A stretch of DNA of 60,517 nt, filler included, from Platydemus manokwari (taxonomy: Eukaryota), in NCBI GenBank assembly GCA_037951405.1. It is 6 parts of 6 records of this genome, joined end to end, with 100 filler letters (N's around TTAATTAATTAA, not from the genome) between each part and the next. Parts side by side here need not be neighbours in the genome. Positions count along the whole stretch, not along the records: positions 22,565 to 32,606 come from JBBMOY011175433.1; positions 32,707 to 42,586 come from JBBMOY011193321.1; 4 more parts are not named here. The stretch is one strand, 5' to 3'. The notes beneath the pieces were generated by a model. It was not told the origin of the DNA. It did no database searches and saw nothing but the letters and a program-made list of their open reading frames with translations. Below, in pieces: positions 24,721-38,700 of the stretch. The translations under genes and the position numbers were made by a program. How positions within the stretch are numbered: the stretch's first letter is position 1; each line of letters opens with the position of its first letter.

Positions 24721-27700
24721 TTGTGAAAAGATTTACTTGTAGTTATTGAGATTTCGATTGTGATATTTGGAGTAATACAGTTTTCAGATCTAAATTCCTG
24801 GTTTATATTCCAATAATATTATGTTTGACGACATCTTAATTGTAATTGAAATTAAAATAATATATTTTTACTATTCTCAATTATTATAGAATCTATCACG
24901 TGACTTTTCGAATCTATTAATAAAGTTTGATCATGATCGCTTCTTCCCATGCAATTATCGTTCAAAATTTTATAATTTTCCACTCGTGTTTGGGGAATTC
25001 TTAACGAAAACTAATTAATATATCAAATATCACTTTAAAATTCCAATTTCAATGTCAAATAAGACACAACGAAAATATCAGGTCTACATGTTGCATCAGA
25101 ATCAACCTAATTATTACCAATGCGGTTAATAAACACGACTGCCAATATCAACATACAAAAAGAAATTAATTTTGGAAAAGTCAATATCAATAGACCTAAA
25201 AAACCAAAAATCATAAAGAATACAACTGCGAACACAATTGGAAAAATAAACACATAAAATTAAGCTCATAAAATAAACATTACTTCGAAATTGCAAAAAT
25301 CAATACAATGTCATGTATTCGAAAATCCTGTCTTTCTAGTTGTAAAAAACGAAAAAATTAAAACAAAAGAATAAAAATATAGCTTGCCAATTAACGAACA
25401 GATTACAACAAATACATCATGTTGTGAAGAAATTCATGAAACAATAATTTTATTAATTAATGCCAGAAGTATCCCATAAATTAAAAAATTGCAATGAGTT
25501 GTTTGTTATTAAGCTAAATGGTGAGACAGTACCAGGAAATTGAATCAGAAATATCGGTTAAGATATCGATAAATAAATTATTTATTATCTTCTATCAGAT
25601 ACGAAACTGAAAACATACAATTAATTATAATATAAGGAATATCACGAATATTTTTATTGATGGTTTCTTTAACTTTTGTAGTAAAGCGTACATTTTTAAT
25701 TTAATTTTCAGGTATCGGAAATATGTTATAGCAAACGGTCAAATTTAACACGCCAAAATTTGGTACAAATTTAAGACATTATAATTTCTCTCTCTGATTC
25801 TTATCGAATGATCATGTTTAGTGAATATTTTATATCAAACTCAAAGAATATTAAGTTTGGAATAGCTAAAGTTAGTTTCAAATGCACTTTATAAAATAAC
25901 AGTTTATACTAAATTCTGGTCGAAATTTTAAGCCATTCTCGGTACAAGATCTATGAAAGACAAAAAATGAATATGAGCTCCATCATCTTTCAATTTTAAT
26001 CTTTTTATTATGATATTCTTATTCTAGGAGTTTCCATATTTTTAAATCTAACAATTCATCTGTAGAGCCAAGTTTACATTATAAAAATTCTGATAATAAT
26101 ACGCGAGAAATATTTTTCTAAAGCAGATATCAATTTTAACTTGTCTAGGAACGAAAATATGAATGTATTGGATCTTATGAAGTCTTCATCATTTTCAGAT
26201 TGGATACTCCTAAATTCCCAAAGTTAAATAGAAATAGCTATTAATCTTTCAAAATATTTTTCAAAATATTTTCATAACTTTCGTTATTGACGTGGAACTA
26301 ATTATAAAGACCTTCGAAAGATCCAAGAACTACAATTTGCTAGACCAACAATTTTACTCAAAAAAATCCTGTATAGCTACAAAGCTACTAGGATTATTGA
26401 CAAAGGTCATGGTGGAAGAAGTGCTATTAAAATGACTCATGAAGCAGGTGAATTATTATTGAACAAAATTCTCGAAGATCGTTTTATAACGTTAGAATTG
26501 ATGATGTCCTTTCTGACATCCCAGTGGGAAAACGAATGTTTAAGATTGACGGTTGCAGATTTCTTGAAAAATGAATTTATCTCTTTCAATGATGCTAGGC
26601 AGTAGTCACTGAGAGGTGTTCTGAAAGATTTATAAACCCAAGGTGAATCGCTTCATTAGCTAAAACTGGAAAATATTCGAGCTCGTTTACATAAATCGTA
26701 AGTAACTGCATGCCAGCATTCCATCAATCAGAGTTGCTAATATAAGCCTCTTACTGACAATTTTCAAAAATGGACAGATACATTTTTCAATAATAGAACG
26801 AACAACCGCGAATATTCCTTATCAATCAAACACGAGCGACCGGTGAGAAAGGTTTTCCGTCATTGAAAAGTATTATCTAATCCATTATAACGCACCAATT
26901 CATAGAGGATTTCTAACCAAAATAAATAAAATGGTGTTGAAATCAATAATTTCTGAAGAACTTAGTAGAAATAAGTTTAAAAATTAGAGGGCATGTTTTC
27001 ACTACTTTACAAGAAATATTTCCGCAGATCATCGCAACGAATGGATATTTTTGGAGATTAAAAATAAATGTATTTTTGAAAATTTCTTTGATTTATTTTG
27101 AGAATTTAAATTTTACGTTATGGCTTGACAATAATCTTTGCTAAGACCATAAAAAATAAATACAAGCCACTCCAACATCTTGAAGTAGTCCAACGTTAAA
27201 TTTTCCAACAATCAGTCATTATAGTGATTTTCATTAAAATTCATATTGTTATTCATCTTCACCTATTCAATTTTATTTACAGCTTGTATGTGTGTGCATA
27301 TGATGAGATGTGTCAGAAAATAAAATGTACCCCAGATAAACAATTCGGGCCTGGTGTTATTTACATGTGTTCAGAATGTGAATATAAATTTTAATGACCA
27401 GACTAACAATTTGTTACTGGCAGCAGTATTGGTTGGAAACGCTGCTAAATCTATTTGTTTTTTAAATCAAACCCCCAAGAACTTGTAAACATTACGAATT
27501 TGAAATACCAAGGGCAGAGTGATAAACTAATCTTAGTTAATCTAAGATTCATAAGCTGTTCATAATTGGAATAAACCCTAATAAGTTTTTAGTTAATTTT
27601 TATTAGTTTTATGATAAACTCGGTTCAAATCGACGCCTATAATTTCATAATTTTGCTCTATTTTGTGATGACTCATTTTACATTTCATATGTTGGTTGTT

Positions 27701-28151
27701 ATAGATAATTTCTGGAAACCGAAAATCATTAGTAAATGCCAAAAATCTTTCACAATAGATTTCATTCTTTCAATTTCATATCCATAAAAATGTAGTCACT
27801 TTAGCCATCTAAGTAGAGGCTTTCTATTTCGTCAGTGAAGCGAAATGATTTTAATCTTTTAATCCGTTTCGATTCGTTTCATCACCAGAAATCTCGTCTA
27901 CAAATTTCCGAAAACGGTTTCAGATTTTTATCTATTTCTAATTCGGATCAAAATGTTGCAGAATTTTATTTTGGCAATTCGTTTGTTGATTATTTTGAAC
28001 CAATTCTATTCTTATTAATTATGGATTTTATTATTAGCCATATGCATTGTCTAAATATAAATTTGTAACTGGTGCGCGGTTATTAAGCGCTTAAAAGTTA
28101 TAAATTGGTTCCATAAAACAATTTTAAAAAGGCACACACGGATTTGGTCAG

Positions 28152-28345
28152 TGTTAGCTGGTACTTTTTTAAAAACCACATATTAAAAACGTACTGAAAA
28201 GTCAAAACACCACAAATCTATTTAAATACAAATAATTAAACAAACAAATTTAATTTTATATAAATATGGCTTTATGTAAAATATGAATTAAATTTGAATT
28301 AAAATTTTCTTCATTTAAAATTTTCTTCAGTTAAAATATCTCACA
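28152..28345. mobile_element. Short solo LTR (194 bp), copy 2, with perfect 5-bp TSD
   Basis: GTCAG|TGTTAGC...ATATCTCACA|GTCAG, with TG...CA termini. Confidence 0.88.
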
Positions 28346-30366
28346 GTCAGTGCTTGGGTTTGGACACAGATTGTCATAAATAATTTGTAATTGTAATAAA
28401 ATTTCTACCAACGATAGTACATTTATCGAAAAATATTCGAAAAAATTATTCAAAGGTATTTCGATTATTTAAAAAGATGAAAAATTATTTATGAAAACTT
28501 TAAAATCCTCACAATATCAACACGATTAGTTAGAATTCATCGTTATAATAAAATAATGTGTACTTTGTCTGCGATAATGTTATGTACTCCATGTTTATTG
28601 TTTTATCGTTCTCCACCGCCATGTAGTGCATTAAGCAAGACTATCTTCGTCTCAATAAACATTTCATCTAAATGTCACTTTAACCAAACTAGCACAATCT
28701 TTCGTTTTGAAATTAAATATAATTATTTTCGACAGGAAAACATGGGAAATCTTATGAAACGAAAACCAATTCACTTCATGCATTCTTATAAAAATCCCCT
28801 TTCTACGAGTCTCACTAGCTCAATTTGAAAGGATAGGAAAACATTGTTAGATTTGCTAATGCAAGAAAAATTGTGAATCTCAAATTAATTTCTTATCACT
28901 TAAAGATATCTCAAGTTCATTGAAACAAGAACAAAAATAAACTCTAATTTATTTATTTTCTTTTGGAATTTTTTTCTGTTGCATTTTGAAAACAAAACAT
29001 TGCTTAAAAACACGAAAAATTTAATTAAAATCAATCCACCCATGGAAGATTTGGATATTTTGTAGACAAATATAATTCTAATTTATCGACAATTGAAATC
29101 GTACAAATCATCCATTTTTACATCATATGATTTGTTTGAAATTTACTTCACAGTTGTTTCGTTTAAATTATCGAAACGAAATTCAAACAAAACAGAAAAT
29201 TCATCGAATAAAATTTGATAATTTTGTTTATTGAAAGAAATTGGTTTAAATAGTTTTTGAAAACTGTTCGAATATAATTTGAGATTTTTTATTTGATATT
29301 GATCGTTCGGTGCAATTGTGTGCCTGATAGTGTAGATCTGTATAAATGTCCGATAGCAATCAACGATTCTATACCAAATTAGGTATGAAATTAATAGCTA
29401 AGTCTGAACAAAAGTTTTGAAGAAAAAAAACCGAAATTGAATCGAAAAATAGATCAAAGAAATTTCTTGGGTGGTTTAGTGAATAATATTTCCGTCAATA
29501 CACGATTGGCATTAATTAATCAGCTGTATCATTTTTTGAAAGGCCAATCATAAAATACCAGTTTTGTGAATGTTAGTTTCAGTTCAGTGAGTTATTTTAC
29601 AGGATCACAAGAGCGCAAGATAATTAATTCCAATTAACTATCGAAAATTATGGAATTATGTAGTTCAATGTATTAATCATTACTTGCCACAAGCCAATAC
29701 CCACAAATATTTAAAGATATTTTTATTATTAGTTATGTTTAGTGTTCCCAATATTCTGAATTTGAATTTCATAAAAAACAGGAAAATTGTCCATGAAAAT
29801 TTTGAAGTTGTTATAAATAATTTTCAATCATTCCAAATAAAATTAATGATTAAAATGCCTTGGAATCATTTGTTTCAATATTCAAGTTAAATATTTTTCT
29901 GGTTGATCTTCTTAAATCGTTTTCAATTCATATTTAATGACATGGTACCTGTTGATATAGAGACAGATTTCAATTCTATTACTATAAGAAGATCAATTTC
30001 AGGAACGCATAGAGGAGTATAATTCCAACAAGAAAGTATCAAATACAAAATTAAAGATTTCATTCGGAATCCGAAAGAATACAAAAGTGTAATAATAAAA
30101 TAAGTGGCAAATATAGAAGAACTTGGAAACTGAAAAGGTAAATAATGTTGTTAGGCGATAAAAATATAAATAAATAAATTAACTACCTTTTGCTGAAAAT
30201 TAGTCCTGTTTCGTACCTCGGTTCAAAGATATATAGAATTTGTTATTCTGTCAGAGTCTTCAAGAACGATAGATGCAATGATGATGATAGCGATTATATG
30301 ATACGGATAGTATAATATTACGGACTTCCATGGGCGTTGAACCAGAGACAGATAGGACCAAAAAAA

Positions 30367-30570
30367 CTAGAAAATAGCTATTCTTTTATTTATTAATTTA
30401 GAGACCGATTCATCAAGTAATCCAAAACTCAAAATTTCTATATTGTGACTGAAAATCCACGCAAACCACGATGAGATTTTAAAGCGCTGATAGGCAATAA
30501 ATTTCGACACATTATCGCCGTGAGGACAAATCCCGTTAGAGTACGAAAACCTATACAAATTCAATGAATA
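30367..30570 (-). mobile_element. Possible Gypsy reverse transcriptase remnant
   Basis: YRFSYSNGICPHGDNVSKF resembles the LTR-RT 'YLG..IS..GI.PD..KV..I' segment. Confidence 0.35.
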
Positions 30571-32515
30571 ATGAATTACAAATTCAGCTTCGATTATGAT
30601 GGATGATCGCGGATAAATTAGATAATTAATTAAAAAAATAATTATATTAAGATTAATTATAATTAATTATAATTATTATATAAAGTACATATTATCAACT
30701 AGTACGAAGAGTTGAAAAGTATTGTTGATAAAATTACACAAAATTTTTTATTTTACATTTTGTTTTCTTGTTTTAGGGTGCCGAATTGCGCACGCACTAA
30801 GCTACCCATTTTAAACAGATTCTGTGCTTTAAATTTATTGTTTTGATCAAATAAATATTATTATTTCATCTTGTTTTATTTCATTACCCATTTAGTTATA
30901 TTCAGCATGTATGACAATACCTATTAAATAGACGAAATTGGGAAGATTAAGAATTCAGATAAAACACAAAATTAGGCAGAGAATCTGTACCAAGATAAAT
31001 GGAAATAAATAAAAAATTTAATAACTAGAGATTTAAAGGAAGCGAAGATTTAATAAAGGAGGATTTGGGAATTTTGAAATATTTATTAATAAGTTTTGAT
31101 AATTTTAAATAAAATAAATGAGAAAAAATCAATTAAAACGAATCATTTAAAATTTCCGGTTAAATATACATTTGTGAGTTGAACTTATTAAATTTCGTTT
31201 ATCGATTTTATATTCTTTAAAATACCTAAACCGGAATATCGATGAACCTCAAATAAAAACTTATATTTTCGGTTGAACATATCGAATGTAATTTAATTTT
31301 AAATATTTTAATTGAATTATTAAAACAATAATTCCATTAACTGTTTAAATGATCTAGCCGAACCAGAAGTCGATATTTATATGTGGGCGGATTTATATTT
31401 TTCATTTAATATTAAATTTACCCTTACCCAAAAGGCGTTGTAATAATTTGATTGGATTTGACAATCAATATTACAAGATTACATCATCGACTCTCATATA
31501 AAGAATCTAATTACGATATACTTGTTATTTAATTATTGATGGAACGAGTGGGCAACGAAAACCGATTTCATATATTTCAATGAAAACAGAGAAGAGGACT
31601 TGAATATTTTAGAAAATTAGAATTGAAAATATTGGATAGAAATATCCCAACTCAATGAAATTTGAGTTACCATGATATTTATAAATGCCGTTATGCTGAT
31701 ACAGCTAATGAGATAAAAATATCTGTTCCACATTTATGAATATACCAACAAAACAACATTGATTGAGAAAATAAGTTTATGATTCTCGTTTTTGATGTGA
31801 GATGTAATTTATATTTAATCAAATATCATTCATCGAATAAGAAAATTTCTATTTCGACTTAAAATTGAAGTCAATATTTATGAAGACGCCAAATCTATAT
31901 CCGAATCAGTGCTGTAACGAGTTTTAGAATTTCCTCCATTGGATCTCATTTTTATCGATTGACGAAGGACGAGAAATTAAAATCATAAATATCAACTGAA
32001 AAAGCAAACGTCTCATTGAATTTTCAGTAAATATTAATGTGGTGGTTTTGTTTTACTTCCGCTATCAAAAATTTAAATCCATAATAAAAATCAATACTGA
32101 AACATTGCCAATTTTTTACGAGATTTGTTGTTTTTGTGAAAATATTAATGTAATTTTCAACAGAAATTAAAATCGGCGTTCTCGAGTGATTATAGTGGAT
32201 GACTAACACAACCATATCTTACGATAAGCATAATTGCGACTTCAACAAATTTAGATTGAGTTCATGAAATAATTATTTGGACAAAATCAAAATTTTAAAA
32301 ATAATTTATGATAAACTAATTCACTGAAATTTAATCATATTGTCGGTTATCAGTAGATCATCATTTTTTGAATTGAATTATTTTTTAATTGCTGAAAAAT
32401 AAACTTTCTATGCCTAAATAATTTTCAAATTTCATTGATATTTTCTGATAATATAAACAATAATATTAGATACAAATATTCTCATTATATTACCATATAA
32501 ATCATGTAATCGTTT

Positions 32516-32606
32516 TGTAAGCCGTCACTATTTAATAAAGCCCTCATGTAAAAAGAACTGGAAAGTCACAACACCAAATTATATTTTAATTACAATTATT
32601 TAAAGA
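32516..32606. mobile_element. Diverged solo-LTR family copy 3, truncated by the contig end
   Basis: TGTAAGCCGTCACTATTT...GGAAAGTCACAACACCAAAT is colinear with the starts of the copies at 15914 and 28152. Confidence 0.6.
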
Positions 32607-32706
32607 NNNNNNNNNNNNNNNNNNNNNNNNNNNNNNNNNNNNNNNNNNNNTTAATTAATTAANNNNNNNNNNNNNNNNNNNNNNNNNNNNNNNNNNNNNN
32701 NNNNNN
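32607..32706. other. Artificial contig spacer
   Basis: N44-TTAATTAATTAA-N44. Confidence 0.97.
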
Positions 32707-35700
32707 AATAATCTTTTAAAATTGAAAGTATGATAATATCAAGTCGATTATTTTTCAAACTTTTACAAAAATTTAAAAATTAATTTTAAGCCCGATAATC
32801 CAATTATAACTTGGTATTATTAAATAATTTATGGTGTACTTTTTTAATGATTCGAGAAGGGCTTCGATAACAGGTATTGAAAACTATACTATCGGAAAAT
32901 AATATCTAAATAATTTTGAATTAATTTACTAAATGCCCACTGAGTGCGAATTGGACTAAACAAAAATATATTAATAACTGTCTACTATAACTATCTAATT
33001 GTATGTGATATAATATATGTAAAGCTTTTCTTGTAATAAATTTTTAATTTTTGAAAAAGAAATGAAATAAAACGCAAAATGTAAATGAAACAATTAATAT
33101 TGATCAATATCCGATACGCCACGTAAGTGAGTTATTGGCTTCCCGAAGCTGATGGATAAGGTAGAAAGCTTACTAATGAATTGATGATGGATTTGATAAT
33201 ATGTTATTAGTTAATTACTACAGTAGCTTCGTCAATATTAAAATAATTTAATTAACGATGTAAATGTAAAAAAGTAATTACTGTTAAATATCAACAACTT
33301 TTACATTATCAGCTAAAAATTTAGCAAAAAATCTTCAACTATTAATTTAGTATTTTCCACAGATGTTGAAGTTGTCTTAGCGTGACTAGCAGTAAATGTG
33401 TCTCAGGTGGCTATTCGATTTGATTCTTAATGAATCTCTCTCTGGATTTCACTTGAAAGCCTTTTGTGCTGTGATTGTGGTTGTGGTCTTATAGATGTTT
33501 TGATATTTTTGCACATAGTCCATGTTTATAATACTAGTTAAACCCACTAGTTCCAAAATTACAAGTCGCTTCAGATAGCTTATCATAAAAGGCATTATGG
33601 ATAAAAATATTGGTAAATATTAAAATTAAATTCAGTATTTTAAATTTTTAAGTTTATTTTTAATTCAATGAAAATTTCCTTTATTGATTGTAAAATAGTT
33701 ACTAAATTTATTTGTTTGGTGTAAAAATTACGATGTATAAATAATCGAGAATTTAATTATTAATTTCTGGTTAAATATATTCTAACTGAGCTAAAACTCA
33801 CAGAATTAATTGTTTTAAAACATTTAAGCTTATTAATATTTATAACTTTTAATGCACTCATTATCAAATCGTTCTTTCTGGTGGATAGATCAAAAAAGCA
33901 GCCAAAATATTCACGGAAACCATGGAGATTACCCTTAAATGGTTTATGTAAGCAGACTTCGTAACTGCACATGCCAATAGCCATTCAGGTTAATTTTATC
34001 GTTAATTCATATTTGGAATATAATAATCGTCTAGCATATATTAACAAATAACAACAAATATCCAGATTCTCCAATGGCAAGAGAGACGTAAGACAAATTT
34101 GTTAACCCACTGACATGTGAATGACTATCAAATGAAAAGCGAAGCTCTGTGACATCAATTGTATACAAACGATAAACTTATCGAAGGAGTTGGACTTCAC
34201 GAAAAATTACCAGTCTTTTTGGTCGGTAACTTTCATTCTGTATGACTTTTCAGTGATTTTCTGACAACCAGTCTTTGTGGTTGTCTTCTGTATTGTATTC
34301 AACTACCCGGTGCTCATCCCATCTTTTGTTGGTTTTTTGTAATTTCTAATTGTATTCGGTGATTAATGGAATTTGTAATCCATTGCGATTCAAATTATGG
34401 TTTTCATAATTGAGAATCAATTCAATTATCTAGCATACCTACACGTGAATATTTTTTTAACAGAATAACTTCGGTAACAAATACTTTTGTTATATGCTTT
34501 AATAGTATTTATTTTATTAATTCAAAATTATTTTTATCGAGATATATGCTATAGCACTAACGCAATTAAACCTTGAATATAAATGTTTTTAATTACGATA
34601 AAATAAGGTCCAATAAACGTAACTATCACAAAGTGTCTTGGATTATTATTGACTTTAATAAACTTTAAATTATTTAATCTATTTTATTATTAAGCTTTAT
34701 CATTAATTATTCAAATCACAATAATTTTTAATAATTATCTTTTACAAATTATATTTTTTACATAATCTTTATCTTTTCAACATTCAAAATAACAGGAAAT
34801 CCATTTGTTTAAACTGTTAAAAAGCATAATAAAAAAAATTAACTTTTATTTTAATATTATAATTCAATAAATTTAGTTAATCAAATATTGAATTGGATTC
34901 AGGTTTTTTCTATTTTTCTTTTGTAATATTAATTTTTCAATTGAAAGTTTTAGAAATTCAGACAAACATTGGACCATAATCAGATCAATGTGAAGTGTTA
35001 TGAGTGAAAATTTCAGACTATAAATGTTTATTAGCTTAAAATAAACTGCTATTAAGTTTTATCAAATAATAGATTTTCGAATTTTTTTTGGATTCAAAAT
35101 GAACTCGATATTTATTTTTCAATTTTCTTTCATTGTGACAAATTATTTTTGAATGTACCAATATATAAAGTTATGAAATTCACTCATTTTAATGCTTGGT
35201 AAAATAATTTATTACCAACTATTGATATATAATAAATCATGTAACATTACTTAGTTACGAAACTAAACGGTGTTTTTGATGATATAATCAAATCCAAAAA
35301 TGTTTATTTGGCATTATTGATATTTTGGCTTGGCAATCAAACTATTATTATCAAATACTCATATGATCAAATCAAAAAATCCGTTCTGGATAATTTGTTA
35401 ATAAAATTTATTTCCATTTTTTCCATCAAAATAATAGCACCAAATTATAAATCATTCCCAAAGACTCAAACAATTTTCCACAGTTTTACACATTAAAGTT
35501 TATTTAAAATAATCATTTAATCACTGTTACACATTAAATCAAGCCACATTATCTAATTTTATATTTCTATTTACAAACCAAAAGTACATTTAAATGTCAA
35601 TTAAATTATAAACTGTCAAATTTAGTTCTCCAATCGCAAAAAAATGTTTAAAAAGAACTCTGACTGGGTAGCATTGTTCAAATTTAATTTTTTCCGATTT

Positions 35701-35778
35701 TCAATTTTGAAAATAGGGAAAAATCAAGCAGCCAGATTTATTAATTATTTTTTTTGTTGTTTCATTAAATATCAAATA

Positions 35779-38700
35779 TCAAGATACAGCACTGTTCTGA
35801 TGTCGATGAAGATTTCGACTCAGCATTGATCTCACATCATTGACGAATCTAAGAGCATCCAATATCGGTAACAAATTTAATAATTCTGTATCTTTAGGAT
35901 CGGAGAACCAAGACTTGATTGGAATAGCATTGTCTGAAGAAGAATGTTTTCTTTCGATTAAAAAATAAATCAATGACAAAACGAAGCAACCTGGATAATC
36001 CCGATATGCTCCTGGTGAATTATCCAATATGAATATTGATTGCAGTTCAGTACAAATAGGAAATAAATCTTTTGAATAGCTGTTATTTGCACAGTGACAA
36101 TGCTGAAAATGGTATTGGAAATCAAATTAACGTTAAAACATTAAAAATCAATCATAAAACTGTCTGGACATAAATATGACAACCCAGAAAATAATGACAA
36201 TAATTTTTATAAAATCATAAGAAAACTTTCACAGTTTAAGAATATCCTTTATCCTTAAGTCCTTAAGATCAGGGGTCCGGTTCCGGCCCACCAAGCTTAC
36301 TATGAAACACACGAACATTATGACAAAATTAAGTGATACACATATTCGATGTGAAATATTAAAACTTTTTGAAAATAACAGGATAATTAATAAAAAATAT
36401 TTTGGCTAATTTGAGATTTTTGTAAACCTATCACAGTTTTGGCCCTCCAAATTTTAAAAAATCAGCAATGTGGCCCTTTGCTGAAAAAGTTTGGCGACCC
36501 CTGCTTAAGATTATCAAGAAATAATTATAGCCATTTTTGAGAGGCTGTAGATTTTAATACTCAATGGGAAATTGTGTAGAAAACACCTTCTGGATGAGTC
36601 TAACATAGATCCAAACGATGTGGATTCCGAAAGTAGATTCTTACAAAACTTGTATCAATAAGCTACTCTTTAACAACTCATGAAACTAGGCAATATTGAA
36701 GAGTATATCAAAGGAAAAAATAAAAAAAATTTCTCTCAGAATGTGCCGACTATTGGTCTTTATAATAATTTACAACTTTAATGAATACACGAAGGCGATA
36801 ATAATTCGGTTGTTGAAATGGAAAATCAATCACAATTATTTATTTATACGAGGTATATTACTATAAATGAACACCAATCAATACCGTCATTAATAAAAGT
36901 ATATAAATAAATATATAAAGTTAATATTAACATTTTACTATAACTCATCTTAATATGAAAAAAATGAAAATGAAACTTAAGACACTACAATTAATAATCA
37001 AATATTATTCATAATCAAAAAACATTATAAATAATCAAATAAATTATTATAAGGAAATAAATAGATAGACACACTATTAATCGGTATTTATTCATCCCCA
37101 TATATCTCTCACACACACGTACACACATACACACACATATATAATAATTTTATATTATAAATACTATAAGACATTATAATGTCAAGAATAGAGAGAGATA
37201 CAATTGAGTGAATAATTGATATGATTTAATGTTTTCAATAAATAAATAAATTAAACTGTAATCATGAATAATTCCAATAGATTTAAAGTGCTAACATAAT
37301 GTGAAAATGTTAGTTGATATCAAAAGATTAAAATGTTAATGATTAAAAAAAAACAAACATAATTTGACATTTCTCAATTTATTAAATGCGCAAAACAAGT
37401 GCTAACAAAAATGAATTGAAACTCTATTCTAAACAATTGAACAGCTGTAACAAGTATTTTGTTGAATAAACGTGGTCACGAAAATGTCAGATTATTATGT
37501 ACGAGACAAACAGTTATTTCATTAATAAAACAGTTGTAATATCGATTCACAATCAATCATTAATTTGCGATTATTATTAAATCAGAATTGAATATGATTT
37601 TGTAAATAATATTCTTGTTCTCTTTCTCATTCTCTCTTTCCCTCTCTCTATCTATCTATTGTAATTATTCTCATTTTTTTGTAATATAAAAATATCCCAT
37701 TATATTTAATTGCAAATTTTAATGAATTTTCTCATTCGACAAAAATCACAGTTGACAAAGAAAATCCAAATTTCATTCATAAAAAACTGAACACCTGTCT
37801 ACGTTGCCACTCATTATATGAGTTTTATATAAAGCTTTTCACCACACTACGTACTTATATAAATAACACCAACATTCCACACATAAGAAAAAATAATCAC
37901 ATTTGCAACAATTTATTTACACTTTAATTTCGGTGAGAAAACATTGTTTGACAATGATATATATATTTGTAAAGGATTTGGTAAAAGATTAAAGATTATA
38001 TTTTTCATTAATGTTGAATAAATTCATATAATATAATATTAAGGATCAAATCAATAATTATCAAAGCATAACGACTTATAATTGTAAATATAGGAAATTA
38101 ACAAGAATTACATAAGATAATAAATGGTAAATATCAAAACTATCACAAGTAGTGTCGTGGAGAACTCTTATGATTCAGTTTTAATATAATTTGACGGAAC
38201 AACACATTGACGGACAATAGGAACAAATAAAGTTCGGAATTTAACACTATATGTTTTTGTAATTTTTAGAATATTAGAAGTATAGAATTACTTTTTCTGC
38301 CTAAATAAACTTAATTTTGATTAATTCAGCACCTTTAATTAGGTTGCGGCTATAACAGTCATGGCGTCAGTGAATTCTCGACACTAAGTAATGGGACGAT
38401 GGCGACTGTAACTTCGCTTTGACGGTTATAGACGCAAGTGTCCGTCAACGTGTTAAAAATAATAACAAATTTAAAATGATTATTTTTATAAATTTATTAA
38501 AAACAATATCTTTGTTCTTTCCTCACTCTCTTTATTAATATCGACTAATGTTACATTAATTAACAATATTAAGATTGGAATCAACTCTATATGTCACCAA
38601 ATCTTTATAATTACCAATATAACTGCTTTATATATATATATTTCAAAAGATTAAAATGGGAAATAAAATGACAAATAATCAATTAAATTTCTCGACTGAT

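Noticed and set aside
26380-26900. GHGGR motif suggesting a KRBA2/Ginger-type integrase
   Set aside because: A single short motif; the downstream CxxC and DDE residues are not recoverable.
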